Shown piece after piece: positions 24,057 through 38,521 of a stretch of DNA of 64,000 bases. The stretch's first letter is position 1. Each line of letters begins with the position of its first letter. The stretch covers positions 885-64,884 of the forward strand of contig JBBSEF010000010.1 in the NCBI GenBank assembly GCA_038240015.1. The letters are read 5' to 3'. This DNA is from Burkholderiales bacterium (GTDB lineage: Bacteria; Pseudomonadota; Gammaproteobacteria; Burkholderiales; Burkholderiaceae_D). The notes below the pieces were generated by a model. That model was not told the origin of the DNA. It saw nothing but the letters and a program-made list of their open reading frames with translations, and searched no databases. The position numbers and the translations under genes were made by a program.

Positions 24057-24884
24057 TCAATCACCGCGCAGCAGTTCGTTGATGCTGGTCTTCGCTCTCG
24101 TCTCCGCTGTCACTTGCTTGACGATCACTGCGCAATATAAGCCGTATTTTCCATCGGCGGAAGGAAGCGAACCGGGGACGACGACCGATCCCGAAGGCAC
24201 GCGTCCGTAACTGATCGTCCCGGTGCTCCGATCGTAGATCCTGGTCGATTGCGAGATGTACACGCCCATCGACAGCACCGAGTTCTCTTCGACGATCACG
24301 CCTTCGACGACTTCGGAACGCGCGCCGATGAAGCAGTTGTCTTCGATGATGGTCGGATTCGCCTGCAATGGTTCGAGTACGCCGCCGATGCCCACGCCTC
24401 CCGACAGATGCACGTTGCGGCCGATCTGCGCGCACGAGCCGACCGTCGCCCAAGTATCGACCATCGTTCCTTCGTCGACATAGGCGCCGATGTTGACGTA
24501 GGACGGCATCAGCACCACGTTCTTTCCGATGAAACTGCCGCGCCGCGCGACCGCCGGCGGCACTACGCGCACACCGGTCGCGCGCATCTCGTCTTGCGAC
24601 AGATGCGAGAACTTGGTCTTGACCTTGTCGAAGAAGCCCAGGTCGCCTGCATGCATCAAGGCGTTGTCGTTGAGCCTGAACGAAAGCAGCACGGCCTTCT
24701 TGATCCATTGATGCACCGTCCACGTCCCGGCGATCTTTTCGGCGACGCGCAGACGGCCCACGTTCAATTGCGCGATGACGCCTTCCACGGCGTCGCGAAT
24801 TTCAGCGGGCGCGTCTGCCGGCGAGAGGGTGGCGCGGTCGTCCCATGCGCGATCGATGATGGCTTGCAGAGCGGATTGATTCAT
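24057..24884 (-). CDS. dapD: 2,3,4,5-tetrahydropyridine-2,6-dicarboxylate N-succinyltransferase
   Basis: [18 protein letters not shown]-terminus, left-handed beta-helix hexapeptide repeats ([23 protein letters not shown]..). 275 aa from the ATG at 24884. Confidence 0.92.
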   Translation of the reverse strand: MNQSALQAIIDRAWDDRATLSPADAPAEIRDAVEGVIAQLNVGRLRVAEKIAGTWTVHQWIKKAVLLSFRLNDNALMHAGDLGFFDKVKTKFSHLSQDEMRATGVRVVPPAVARRGSFIGKNVVLMPSYVNIGAYVDEGTMVDTWATVGSCAQIGRNVHLSGGVGIGGVLEPLQANPTIIEDNCFIGARSEVVEGVIVEENSVLSMGVYISQSTRIYDRSTGTISYGRVPSGSVVVPGSLPSADGKYGLYCAVIVKQVTAETRAKTSINELLRGD

Positions 24885-24963
24885 GAACGCCGAGAAAAGG
24901 TGAAGGGCAGGAAACGATCGGGCGGATGAAACGCAGCAGTCGGAAGGTGATGCCGGCACAGTC

Positions 24964-25470
24964 CTAGCGCGTCGACGCTTCGCTGTCGAACGCGACCAGC
25001 GAGACCGGCGGCTGCGGTTTCCAGCCGCGCTTTCGGTGTTCGACGACTATGTTGGTAAAGATGCCGCCGCGCACACCCCAGCGCGCGGTCACGCGCATGT
25101 AGCGCGGCCTGGTGGCGGACGCGAGATCTTCGAGAACGCGATTGGTGACGGCTTCATGAAAGGCGCCTTCGTCGCGAAAGCTCCAGGTGTACAGCTTGAG
25201 GCTCTTCAACTCCACGCACCGCCGGTCGGGAATGTAGTCGATCGTGAAGATCGCGAAGTCGGGCTGGCTGGTGAGAGGACAAAGGCAAGTGAACTCGGGC
25301 ACCCGCAGGTGGATCAGGTAGTCGCGTTCGGGATTCGGGTTGGCAAAGACGGCGAGCTTTCTTGAAGGCCGCGTCGATGGAAAAGTATCGCCCCGTTCGG
25401 TCTCGAGATCGCTGACCGCAAGGTCTCTGTTCGGGGAAGTCGAGGGCGTGCTTCTCGATGCTGCTGCCAT
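24964..25470 (-). CDS. queF: NADPH-dependent 7-cyano-7-deazaguanine reductase, type I (unimodular)
   Basis: Catalytic Cys context [15 protein letters not shown] and the QueF motif ELKSLKLY. Its length of 168 aa fits the single-domain type. Confidence 0.85.
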   Translation of the reverse strand: MAAASRSTPSTSPNRDLAVSDLETERGDTFPSTRPSRKLAVFANPNPERDYLIHLRVPEFTCLCPLTSQPDFAIFTIDYIPDRRCVELKSLKLYTWSFRDEGAFHEAVTNRVLEDLASATRPRYMRVTARWGVRGGIFTNIVVEHRKRGWKPQPPVSLVAFDSEASTR

Positions 25471-25517
25471 GCTCTTTGAGGGTTCGCGATCGGCTGGGAA
25501 GCGACGACCAGGCTGCT

Positions 25518-25523
25518 ATTATA
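25518..25523 (-). promoter_or_regulatory. Possible -10 box (TATAAT on the minus strand) for queF
   Basis: The plus strand reads attata at 25518-25523, about 48 nt upstream of the queF ATG. The -35 is poor (ATGACA with a short spacer). Confidence 0.3.
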
Positions 25524-25560
25524 CGAAGCCATCGCGATGTCATCGCGACCCACCCCCGCT

Positions 25561-25587
25561 GCGACGCTTTGCGTCGTTTTTTGTTTT
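25561..25587 (+). terminator. Intrinsic-terminator-like hairpin in the smc 5' region
   Basis: GCGACGC-ttt-GCGTCGT (7-bp stem including a terminal G-U pair) followed by TTTTTGTTTT. It lies about 75 nt upstream of the smc GTG and is preceded by an 8-1-8 palindrome at 25532-25548. Confidence 0.45.
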
Positions 25588-25659
25588 GCCGCAAGGCGCC
25601 GCGCGAATCCTTGCGTCGATCCTGCCCGTCACTGCCGACCTCGTTCTCGTCAACCTTCC

Positions 25660-28600
25660 GTGCGCCTCTCGCAGATCAAACTTTCCGGCTTCAAGTCCTT
25701 CGTCGATCCGACGCATTTTTCCTTGCCCGGACAACTCGTGGGCGTGGTCGGGCCGAACGGCTGCGGCAAATCCAACATCATCGACGCGGCGCGATGGGTA
25801 CTGGGTGAATCGAAGGCGAGCGAGCTGCGCGGCGAGTCGATGCAGGACGTGATCTTCAACGGCTCGGGCCAACGCAAACCGGCCGGCCGCGCGAGCGTCG
25901 AGCTGGTGTTCGACAACTCGCCCGATGCGAACGGCAAGCCGCAGGGCAAACAGATCGCCGGGCCTTGGGGACAATATGCCGACATCGCGGTCAAGCGCGT
26001 GCTCACGCGCGACGGCGCCTCGACCTATCTGATCAATAACCAGGTGGTTCGCCGCCGCGACATCCAGGACATTTTTCTGGGTACCGGTCTCGGGCCGCGC
26101 GCCTACGCGATCATCGGCCAGGGGATGATCACTCGCATCATCGAAGCACGCCCCGACGAGCTTCGCGTTTTTCTCGAAGAAGCCGCCGGGGTCTCGAAGT
26201 ACAAGGAACGCCGGCGCGAGACCGAGAACCGTCTGGCGGACACGCGCGAGAACCTGACGCGGGTCGAAGACATCCTGCGCGAGTTGACTGCCAACCTCGA
26301 TCGACTCGAACAGCAGGCGGTCGTCGCGCAACAGTATCGCGACTTGCAGAACGACATCGACGGCAAGCAGAAGTTGCTGTGGATGCTGCGCGCCAACGAA
26401 GCGGCGGGGCTGGCCGGCAAGCACAAGCGGGAGGGCGACGAAGCCCGGCTCGCTCTCGACGCGCGCACGGCGGACCTGCGCCGCGTCGAGGCCGAGCTCG
26501 AACGTGTGCGCGCGACGCATCAGGAAGCAGGCAACGCGGTCCATGCGCGCCAGGGTGAATACTACGAAGCGTCGGCGGTCGTATCGGCGATCGAGGCCGA
26601 AATCCGCATCGTCGTCGAATCGCGCAATCGCCTGCAGACGCAACGCGCGCAACTCGAAGCCCAACACGCGCATTGGAGTGAGCAGGGCGCGCGTCTGGCC
26701 GCCGCGATCATCGACGCAAGACGCGGGCATGAAATTGCGGCAGCCGCGATCGGCGAAGCCGAAGCCGCGCTCGATTCCCGTACCGACGAACTTCCGGAGG
26801 TCGAAGCCGCCGCTCGTGCGTGGGGCGTGACGGTCGACGGTCTTCGCGCGCAGGTGGCCGGCGCGCAGAAGGATCTCGAGATCGAATCGACGCAGCAGCG
26901 CAATGCGGACCGGCACCTCGAGTCGATCGCCAATCGCAAGACGCGTCTTGCCGAAGAAAAGCAGGCACTCGATACGCCCGATCCGGAACGTTTGTCGATC
27001 GCGCGCAGTGCGGCCGACGCCGCCGCGGCGCGACTCGCTTCGCAAGAGGGGGATCTCGCCGCCGCCGACGAGGCGCTGACGGCATCGCAAAGCGCGCGCG
27101 CATCGGCGCACGACGCGCTCGCTCGCGAGAGCAACGAGAGCGCGCAGATCGATGCGCGATTGTCGGCTCTCAAAGGCTTGCAGGAACGCGTGCAGGCCAA
27201 CGGCAAACTGCAGCCTTGGCTCGATCGTCACGAGCTCGGGCGCTTGCCGCGCCTGTGGCAGCGCCTGCACGTCGAAGCCGGGTGGGAGACTGCGGTCGAA
27301 GCTGCTTTGCGCGAACGGGTCGGCGCGCTCGAGATCGGGCAACTCGACAGCGTGCGCGCCTTCTTCGGGGATCTTCCGCCCGCCAAGCTGGCGTTTTATT
27401 CGGAACGCGTCCAGGACGGAGCGCGCGGCGGCGCTGCGGCAGCGACTGCGGCCAACCTCACGCCGTTGCTTGGCCTGATCGAATTGCGCGAACCCGCGCT
27501 GCGGGTGCTGCTCACCGAGTGGATCGGACATCTCTACGTGGCCGACAACGAGACCGAGGCGCTGTCGCGTCGTCACGAATTGCCGGCCGGTTCTTCATTC
27601 ATTTTGCGATCGGGACATTTGATCGGTCGAGGCAGTCTGCAGTTCTATGCGTCCGATTCCGAACAGGCGGGCATGCTCGCGCGTCAGCACGAGATCGAAG
27701 ACCTCGGCAAGCGTGCGCGCGCGCAAACGCTGTTGTCGGAAGACGCGCGCTCGCATGCGGTGCGCGCCGATGCCGGGGTCACGCAAGCGACCGCCGCTCT
27801 GTCGGCGCTGCGCACGGGCGTTGCGACTTCGACCTCCGATGTCCACTCGCATCAGTTGATCCTGCAACGCCTGCAACAGGTCGAGACGCAAAGCCGCATG
27901 CGGGATCAACAGATCGAAAGCGAGCTTGCTTCTCTCGCGGCCGAAGAATCGAACGAGATCGAAACACGGCGATTATCCGAAGCCAACTTCGAACGCGTCG
28001 ATGCGCTGCTGGCCGATGTACAGACGCGCTTCGAAGACGCGCAGACCGCATCGATGGCGGCGCACGCGCGCGTCGACGCCGCACGCACCGGTCTGGCCGA
28101 TGTGCAGCGGGCGGTGCACGAGGCGCGCTACGAGGAAAAGACGCTCGCCGCGCGCATTGCCGACCTCGACGAACAGACGCGTGCGGCTGCGGAGCAACTC
28201 GAGCGCGTGACCGGCGATCAGGCAGGCGTCGAGACCGAACTCGCCGCTCTCACCGACGAGACCGCTCGCGTAGGGCTCGAGGCCGCTATCGTTGCCCGCG
28301 TTGCGACCGAGCGAAGTCTCGCAGACGCGAGGGCCGAGCTCGATGCCTTGGGCGCGCAGATTCGCGCAGCCGACGAGTCGCGTCTGACGACCGAGCGCGA
28401 TCTCGAGCCGATGCGCTCGCGGATCGGCGACGCGGCGTTGAAGGAGCAGGCAGCACGTCTCACCGAGCAGCAGTTTCAGCAGCAGTTGGCCGACGCTCAC
28501 GCCGATTGCGCCGCACTGGCCGAGACGCTGGCCGGCGATGACGGCAGGAAGCTCAGAGCGCCCGCGCTGCATGCCGAAGTGCAGCGCCTGCAGCAGACCC

Positions 28601-29241
28601 TTGCCGAACTCGGCGCGGTCAATCTCGCGGCGCTGGACGAATTGTCCACGTCGCGCGAGCGCAAGACTTTTCTCGATGCGCAGACCGGAGATCTCGGCGA
28701 AGCGATCGCCACGCTGCAGGATGCGATTCGCAGGATCGATCGCGAAACGCGCGCGCTGTTGCAGGAGACCTTCGACGCGATCAATCGTCATTTCGGCGAG
28801 CTCTTTCCGGCGCTGTTCGGCGGCGGCGAAGCGCGGCTCGTGATGACCGGTGACGAAATTCTCGACGCCGGGGTGCAGGTGATGGCGCAGCCGCCAGGCA
28901 AGAAGAACAGCAGCATTCATCTGCTGTCGGGCGGTGAGAAAGCACTGACCGCGATTGCGCTGGTGTTCGCGATGTTCCAGTTGAACCCGGCGCCGTTCTG
29001 TCTGCTCGACGAAGTCGATGCACCGCTCGACGACGCCAATACCGAGCGCTTCTGCAAACTGGTCAAGAAGATGGCTGTGCAAACGCAGTTCCTCTTCATC
29101 TCGCACAACAAGATCGCGATGGAGATGGCGCAGCAGTTGATCGGCGTGACGATGCAGGAGCAGGGCGTCTCGCGCGTGGTCGCGGTCGATCTCGACGCAG
29201 CGATCGGTTTTGCCAACGAACGGATCGAGGAGGCCGCATGA
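25660..29241 (+). CDS. smc: Chromosome partition protein Smc
   Basis: N-terminus (V/M)RLSQIKLSGFKSFVDPT, Walker A GPNGCGKSN, long coiled coils with a hinge, signature LSGGEKA, Walker B FCLLDEVDAPLD. Start at the GTG at 25660, by N-terminal conservation. An in-frame ATG at 25537 would add 41 non-conserved residues. Confidence 0.9.
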   Translation: MRLSQIKLSGFKSFVDPTHFSLPGQLVGVVGPNGCGKSNIIDAARWVLGESKASELRGESMQDVIFNGSGQRKPAGRASVELVFDNSPDANGKPQGKQIAGPWGQYADIAVKRVLTRDGASTYLINNQVVRRRDIQDIFLGTGLGPRAYAIIGQGMITRIIEARPDELRVFLEEAAGVSKYKERRRETENRLADTRENLTRVEDILRELTANLDRLEQQAVVAQQYRDLQNDIDGKQKLLWMLRANEAAGLAGKHKREGDEARLALDARTADLRRVEAELERVRATHQEAGNAVHARQGEYYEASAVVSAIEAEIRIVVESRNRLQTQRAQLEAQHAHWSEQGARLAAAIIDARRGHEIAAAAIGEAEAALDSRTDELPEVEAAARAWGVTVDGLRAQVAGAQKDLEIESTQQRNADRHLESIANRKTRLAEEKQALDTPDPERLSIARSAADAAAARLASQEGDLAAADEALTASQSARASAHDALARESNESAQIDARLSALKGLQERVQANGKLQPWLDRHELGRLPRLWQRLHVEAGWETAVEAALRERVGALEIGQLDSVRAFFGDLPPAKLAFYSERVQDGARGGAAAATAANLTPLLGLIELREPALRVLLTEWIGHLYVADNETEALSRRHELPAGSSFILRSGHLIGRGSLQFYASDSEQAGMLARQHEIEDLGKRARAQTLLSEDARSHAVRADAGVTQATAALSALRTGVATSTSDVHSHQLILQRLQQVETQSRMRDQQIESELASLAAEESNEIETRRLSEANFERVDALLADVQTRFEDAQTASMAAHARVDAARTGLADVQRAVHEARYEEKTLAARIADLDEQTRAAAEQLERVTGDQAGVETELAALTDETARVGLEAAIVARVATERSLADARAELDALGAQIRAADESRLTTERDLEPMRSRIGDAALKEQAARLTEQQFQQQLADAHADCAALAETLAGDDGRKLRAPALHAEVQRLQQTLAELGAVNLAALDELSTSRERKTFLDAQTGDLGEAIATLQDAIRRIDRETRALLQETFDAINRHFGELFPALFGGGEARLVMTGDEILDAGVQVMAQPPGKKNSSIHLLSGGEKALTAIALVFAMFQLNPAPFCLLDEVDAPLDDANTERFCKLVKKMAVQTQFLFISHNKIAMEMAQQLIGVTMQEQGVSRVVAVDLDAAIGFANERIEEAA

Positions 29242-29263
29242 AGCGAACGGCGGAGGTGGCCGC

Positions 29264-33594
<4,331 letters not shown>

Positions 33595-33614
33595 CGGTAT
33601 TCAAAAAGGAAACC

Positions 33615-34373
33615 ATGTTCGCCATCCTCGGAGGCAGCGGACTCAGCTCGTTCGCCGAACTCAACGTCGACCGCCGCGAAGTCGTTCGCACCCCTTGGGG
33701 CGAACCGTCCGGCCCGGTGACGATCGGACGCATCGACGATGTGTCGGTGGTCTTTCTGCCGCGGCATGGGCAGGGCCACACGATTCCGCCGCACGCGATC
33801 AACTATCGCGCCAACCTCTATGCGTTGAAACACATCGGCGCCGAAGGCGTGATCGCGGTCGCATCGGTCGGCGGCATACGCGCCGACATGCAGCCCGGCG
33901 CCATCGCGCTGCTCGACCAGATGCTCGACTACACGTGGGGCCGCGACTCGACTTTTTTCGACGGGCCCGAACAACCGGTCACGCACATCGATTTCACTTT
34001 GCCGTACGACCCCGCGCTTCGCGCGCGCGTGCTCGAAGTCGCGCACGCCGACGGTCATCCGCTGATCGACGGCGGCTGCTATGCCTGCATGCAGGGTCCG
34101 CGTCTGGAGACCGCGGCCGAGATCGATCGCATCGAGAGCGACGGCGCCGATGTGGTCGGCATGACCTTGATGCCCGAGGCCGCACTCGCGCGCGAACTCG
34201 GCCTGCCTTACGTCGGTCTCGCGGTGGTGGTCAACCACGCGGCCGGCAGAGGCGATTCGAAGCTCGCGATTTCCACTGCCGAAATCGGCCGTACGCTCGA
34301 GACCTCGATAGAAAGCGTGCGGGCGATGATCGTGGCTTTCGTTCGCGCAAGCGGCCGGCACAAGTTTCCATGA
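33615..34373 (+). CDS. S-methyl-5'-thioadenosine/thioinosine phosphorylase family (PNP/MTAP)
   Basis: Contains [26 protein letters not shown] and [17 protein letters not shown] motifs. Start at the ATG at 33615 (MFAILGGSG). Confidence 0.8.
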   Translation: MFAILGGSGLSSFAELNVDRREVVRTPWGEPSGPVTIGRIDDVSVVFLPRHGQGHTIPPHAINYRANLYALKHIGAEGVIAVASVGGIRADMQPGAIALLDQMLDYTWGRDSTFFDGPEQPVTHIDFTLPYDPALRARVLEVAHADGHPLIDGGCYACMQGPRLETAAEIDRIESDGADVVGMTLMPEAALARELGLPYVGLAVVVNHAAGRGDSKLAISTAEIGRTLETSIESVRAMIVAFVRASGRHKFP

Positions 34374-34903
34374 TTCACGACATCCTGCGGATGGGCGAAC
34401 CGCGTCTGCTCCGCATCGCCAAACCGGTCGAGCGATTCGACACGCCCGAACTGCATGCACTGGTGGCTGATCTGTTCGAGACGATGCATGACGCGAATGG
34501 CGCGGGGCTCGCCGCGCCGCAGATCGGCGTCGATCTGCGCGTCGTCATTTTCGGATTCGCGAACTCCAACCAGCGTTACCCCGATGCGGAACCGGTACCC
34601 GAGACGGTGCTCGTCAACCCCGTGATCGAGATGCTCGAGCCGCTCGAGGTCGAAGATTGGGAAGGCTGTCTGTCGGTGCCCGGCATGCGCGGCGTGGTCC
34701 CGCGCCGGGATCGCATTCGCTATCGCGGCTTCGATCAGCATGGCGCGGCGATCGATCGCATCGCAAGCGGCTTTCATGCGCGCGTCGTGCAACACGAATG
34801 CGATCACCTCGACGGCATTCTCTATCCGATGCGCATCCGCGACTTCACGCGATTCGGGTTTACCGAAGAGTTGTTTCCGGGGCAGGAGATGGTGGACGAT
34901 TGA
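34370..34903 (+). CDS. def: Peptide deformylase
   Basis: Motifs [18 protein letters not shown] and QHECDHLDG. The ATG at 34370 overlaps the upstream stop (ATGA). It is not adjacent to fmt, so it is probably a second def copy. Confidence 0.9.
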   Translation: MIHDILRMGEPRLLRIAKPVERFDTPELHALVADLFETMHDANGAGLAAPQIGVDLRVVIFGFANSNQRYPDAEPVPETVLVNPVIEMLEPLEVEDWEGCLSVPGMRGVVPRRDRIRYRGFDQHGAAIDRIASGFHARVVQHECDHLDGILYPMRIRDFTRFGFTEELFPGQEMVDD

Positions 34904-34909
34904 TTCGCG

Positions 34910-35776
34910 TCAAAAAGCTTCGTCGGGCCCCAGATGCCGCCATTGACCGATCGGCAGATCGCCCAGCGTCACGCGACCGACGCGCACGCGCTTCAAGCCG
35001 AGGACCGAGAGTCCGACCAGTTCGCACATGCGTCGGATCTGGCGCTTCCTGCCTTCACGCAAGACAACGCGCAACTGATCGCGATTTTGCCAAGACACGC
35101 GCGCGGGTTTCAACGCGATGCCGTCGAGCACGAGTCCATGCTGCATGCGTTGCAGGTCCGCATCTGAAAGCGTTCCCGCCACGCGGACCAGATACTCCTT
35201 CTCGATATTCGAGTCGTCACCGATCAACTGGCGCGCGACGCGGCCATCCTGCGTGAGCACGAGCAGGCCGGTCGAATCGATGTCGAGCCGGCCTGCCGGC
35301 GCGAGTCCGCGCGGCGGCCGCCAGTCGGCTGCAAGCGTGCGGGGATCGTGGTCCCAGTGCGCCCGCGGCACCACCAGAACCGACGCAGGTTTGTAGCCAT
35401 CTTCGGCCTGGCCCGACACATAGCCGATCGGCTTGTTGATCAGTATCGTGATGCGCAGATCGCGTTCCTTCTCCGCCGCACCCGCAACGCTGATGCGCTG
35501 ACTCGGCAGCACCTTGCTGCCCAGCACGTCGGTCTTCACGCCGTCGACGAAGACCCAGCCGCGCTCTATCCATTCGTCGGCTTCGCGGCGCGAGCAGAGA
35601 CCCAACTCGGCCATGCGTTTGGACAGGCGCATCGGCGCGGGCGAGACCGCTGAATCGGGCGCCGAATCGGGCGCCGCATCTTTCGCCGCATCTTCCACTC
35701 TATTCGGCACCGAATTCTGCGCTGAATAGAGCTTCGAACTGGCGGCGTCTCGCGGAGCCGGCGCGCGCGTCTTCAT
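34910..35776 (-). CDS. RsuA/RluF-family pseudouridine synthase with S4 domain
   Basis: S4 segment MRLSKRMAELGLCSRREADEWIERG and catalytic motif GRLDIDSTGLLVLT. The ATG at 35776 overlaps the glnD stop (ATGA). An alternative start at 35632 (MRLSKRM) would remove a 48-aa low-complexity N-terminus. Confidence 0.8.
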   Translation of the reverse strand: MKTRAPAPRDAASSKLYSAQNSVPNRVEDAAKDAAPDSAPDSAVSPAPMRLSKRMAELGLCSRREADEWIERGWVFVDGVKTDVLGSKVLPSQRISVAGAAEKERDLRITILINKPIGYVSGQAEDGYKPASVLVVPRAHWDHDPRTLAADWRPPRGLAPAGRLDIDSTGLLVLTQDGRVARQLIGDDSNIEKEYLVRVAGTLSDADLQRMQHGLVLDGIALKPARVSWQNRDQLRVVLREGRKRQIRRMCELVGLSVLGLKRVRVGRVTLGDLPIGQWRHLGPDEAF

Positions 35777-38451
35777 GATGCGAGCACCTCGAGCAATTCG
35801 AGCAACTCGGTCTCGAGCTTGATCTGCGCCTTCGCGTCCGACAGGATCGCGCCGTCGACCAGAAAGAAATCTTCGACGCGCTCGCCGAGCGTCGTGATCT
35901 TCGCGGCCTGCACGTTGACTCGATGACTCGTCAACACGCGCAGGATCGCGTAGAGCAGACCGTCGCGATCCGACGCGGACAGCGTGAGCAGGAAGAAGCG
36001 GCCGCGTTCATCGGGCCGCAGATCCACCGTGGGTGCGATCGGAAAGCTGCGCGACTGCCGCGAAGGCCGGCCGGTCGCGGGAGCAGGCAGCGGGGTCGGA
36101 TGCGCGAGATGCTGTGCGAGATCGCGCTCGATCCCGGCGATGCGATCGCGATAGTGGCCGCCGTCGGGATCGAGCACGTGGAAGGTGTCGAGCGCGTGCC
36201 TCTCGCCTTCGGCGCCGATCGTGGTGTGCACGCGCGCATCGAGAATATAGAAGCGCTGACGATCGAAGTATTGACAGATACGCGCCAGCAGATCGGACTG
36301 GTCGGGCGTGAACACCACGATCTGCAAGCCTTCGCCCGCAGGTGAGAGCCGCGCCTTGATGCGTGGGCGCGAGGTGTCGCGCGCGAGCGCGAACGCCCGC
36401 GTGATCCAGGCGATGTCCTGGGCGTCATGCCGCAGGAACCACGCGACATCGAGGCGTTTCCAGAAGCGTTCGATCGCATCGGGATGGAAAGCATAGAGAC
36501 CGAGGATGCGTCGCGCATCTTCCTGGCGCGCCTGCAATTCGGCCGGAGCGCTGGTGGGCGCGCCGCTGCCGTCGGCATTCTCGATCACGCGCAGCGCGCG
36601 GAAATAGAGGTCTTCGAGCAGCTTGCCCTTCCACGCGTTCCAGACCTTGGGGCTCGTGCCCCTGACATCGGCAACCGTCAGCAGATAGAGCGCGGTCAGG
36701 CGACGCTCGGTGTCGACCGTGCGCGCGAATGCACTGATGGCCTCGGGGTCGGACAAGTCTTCCTTCTGGGCGACGCGTGACATCGTCAGGTGATGCTCGA
36801 CCAGAAACTCGAGCAACCCGATGTCGTTCACGTCGAGCGAGTGCTCCCGCGCGAACAGCCGCACATCGGCCATGCCGAGCTTCGAGTGATCGCCGCCTCT
36901 GCCTTTGGCGATATCGTGAAAGAGGGCGGCGACATACAGCAGCCAGGGACGCTCGAAGTTGGCGATCAGACGCGAGCACAGCGGATACTCGTGAGCGAAC
37001 TCGGGCATCGTGAAGCGGCGGATGTTTCGCACCACCATCAGGATGTGCTGATCGACCGTGTACACGTGATAGAGATCGTGCTGCATCTGGCCGACGATGC
37101 GCCTGAACACGGGGAGATAGCGGCCCAGCACCGAGAGCTGATTCATGCGCCGCAGTTCGTGCACGATGCCGCGCGGCTGCTGCAGGATCGAAAGAAACAG
37201 CGCGCGATTGACGGGATCGCGGCGAAATTTCGCGTCGATCAGCGTGCGGCCATGCCAGATCGCATTCATGGTCCGCGCCGTCATGCCTTCGAGTTCCGAA
37301 TGCTGCTGCATCACGAGAAAGGCTTCGAGCAGGGCCGACGGATTGCGAACGAACACGCCCTCATCGACGATGTCGAGCAGGCCGCCGGCGTTCTGGAAGT
37401 CCGCATCGGTGGCGGAATCGATGAGTACGGGCGCCACGTTGCGGGCCGGAAAGAGCGCGGCCTCGATCGTCTGCAACACGATCACGTTCAATTGCGTGAC
37501 GACCTTGGCAGTGCGGTAGTAGCGCTGCATCAGCACTTCGCTGGCGCGGCACATCGGTGTTTGCACGAGCCCCAATTCTTCGGCAAGAGCGGTCTGCACA
37601 TCGAACACGAGCCGATCTTCGCGGCGTCGCGCGATGCGATGCAGGCGTATGCGAACGAGTTGAATGAATTCTTCGCAGCGACGCAACTGGCGCGCCTCGA
37701 TGCGAGTCACGATCCCGCGTTGCGCGAGGGCCTTCCACGAATCGCCGAGGCGTGCGGCGCGCGCGGTCCACAAGATCATCTGCAGGTCGCGCAGGCCGCC
37801 CGGACTCTCCTTGATATTGGGCTCGAGCGCGTAAGGCGTGTCCTGAAACTTCGCGTAGCGCTGATGCTGTTCGAGCATCTTGGCGCGAAAGAACTTCCGG
37901 GGTTCGATCGCCGCTGCGATTTGCTCCGACAAGGTCGACGCCAATTTGCGACTGCCCGAAAGAAAGCGCGCCTCGATCAACGCGGTGGCGACCGTGATGT
38001 CGCGCTCGGCTTCGGTCAGGCACTCGGGCACGGTACGCACGCTGTGTCCGAGTTCGAAGCCCAGGTCCCACAACAGGCCGATCAGGTTTTCGATCGTCGC
38101 GGCTTCGCTTGCGCTCGGTGCCTGGTCGAGAAGCATCAGCACGTCGACGTCGGAATGCGGAAACAGCTCGCCCCGCCCATAGCCGCCGACCGCAAGCAGA
38201 GCCGCGCTGCGCGGCATCGCGGCCAGCTTCCAGCAAGCGCGCAGCGCGACGTCGTGAGCACGCGCGAGTCCGCGCAAGAAGCGTTCGGCGCGCGGTTGCA
38301 TGTTGAACTCGTGCATCAGGCGCGCGCGTTCAGCCTGCAAGCCGGACCTGATTGCAAGCGCTTCGGAGGTGTGTGCCGCGAGACCGGAAGCGCGAGCCGC
38401 GGTCAGGGTCGAGTCGTTGCTCGCAGCGTGGGTCGTATCGGATTCCATCAA
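35773..38451 (-). CDS. glnD: Bifunctional [protein-PII] uridylyltransferase / uridylyl-removing enzyme
   Basis: Nucleotidyltransferase motif GGYGRGELFPHSDVDVLML, an HD domain (LFHDIAKG) and two C-terminal ACT domains. Confidence 0.93.
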   Translation of the reverse strand: MMESDTTHAASNDSTLTAARASGLAAHTSEALAIRSGLQAERARLMHEFNMQPRAERFLRGLARAHDVALRACWKLAAMPRSAALLAVGGYGRGELFPHSDVDVLMLLDQAPSASEAATIENLIGLLWDLGFELGHSVRTVPECLTEAERDITVATALIEARFLSGSRKLASTLSEQIAAAIEPRKFFRAKMLEQHQRYAKFQDTPYALEPNIKESPGGLRDLQMILWTARAARLGDSWKALAQRGIVTRIEARQLRRCEEFIQLVRIRLHRIARRREDRLVFDVQTALAEELGLVQTPMCRASEVLMQRYYRTAKVVTQLNVIVLQTIEAALFPARNVAPVLIDSATDADFQNAGGLLDIVDEGVFVRNPSALLEAFLVMQQHSELEGMTARTMNAIWHGRTLIDAKFRRDPVNRALFLSILQQPRGIVHELRRMNQLSVLGRYLPVFRRIVGQMQHDLYHVYTVDQHILMVVRNIRRFTMPEFAHEYPLCSRLIANFERPWLLYVAALFHDIAKGRGGDHSKLGMADVRLFAREHSLDVNDIGLLEFLVEHHLTMSRVAQKEDLSDPEAISAFARTVDTERRLTALYLLTVADVRGTSPKVWNAWKGKLLEDLYFRALRVIENADGSGAPTSAPAELQARQEDARRILGLYAFHPDAIERFWKRLDVAWFLRHDAQDIAWITRAFALARDTSRPRIKARLSPAGEGLQIVVFTPDQSDLLARICQYFDRQRFYILDARVHTTIGAEGERHALDTFHVLDPDGGHYRDRIAGIERDLAQHLAHPTPLPAPATGRPSRQSRSFPIAPTVDLRPDERGRFFLLTLSASDRDGLLYAILRVLTSHRVNVQAAKITTLGERVEDFFLVDGAILSDAKAQIKLETELLELLEVLAS

Positions 38452-38521
38452 GGCGTGACCGCGATCATGACGATGGACCCGATGTTTCGGGTCGCAGGGC
38501 CGTCTTGTTCACGGACAGGTT

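Noticed and set aside
25471-25530. Possible preQ1 riboswitch in the queF leader
   Set aside because: The leader is only about 45 nt. It lacks the P1 stem complement and the A-rich tail/pseudoknot arrangement of preQ1-I/II aptamers.
25537-25659. In-frame 41-codon upstream extension of smc starting at an ATG
   Set aside because: Smc proteins start at the conserved (M)RLxxIKLxGFKSF segment, and the extension is Cys/Arg/Pro-rich and spans hairpin and terminator structures. It is kept as an alternative only in the finding on the smc leader.
33695-34369. Upstream 225 codons of the 402-aa ORF ending in def
   Set aside because: This part overlaps the MTAP-like gene out of frame and is Arg-rich. Deformylase homology starts at the ATG at 34370, which is ATGA-coupled to the upstream stop.
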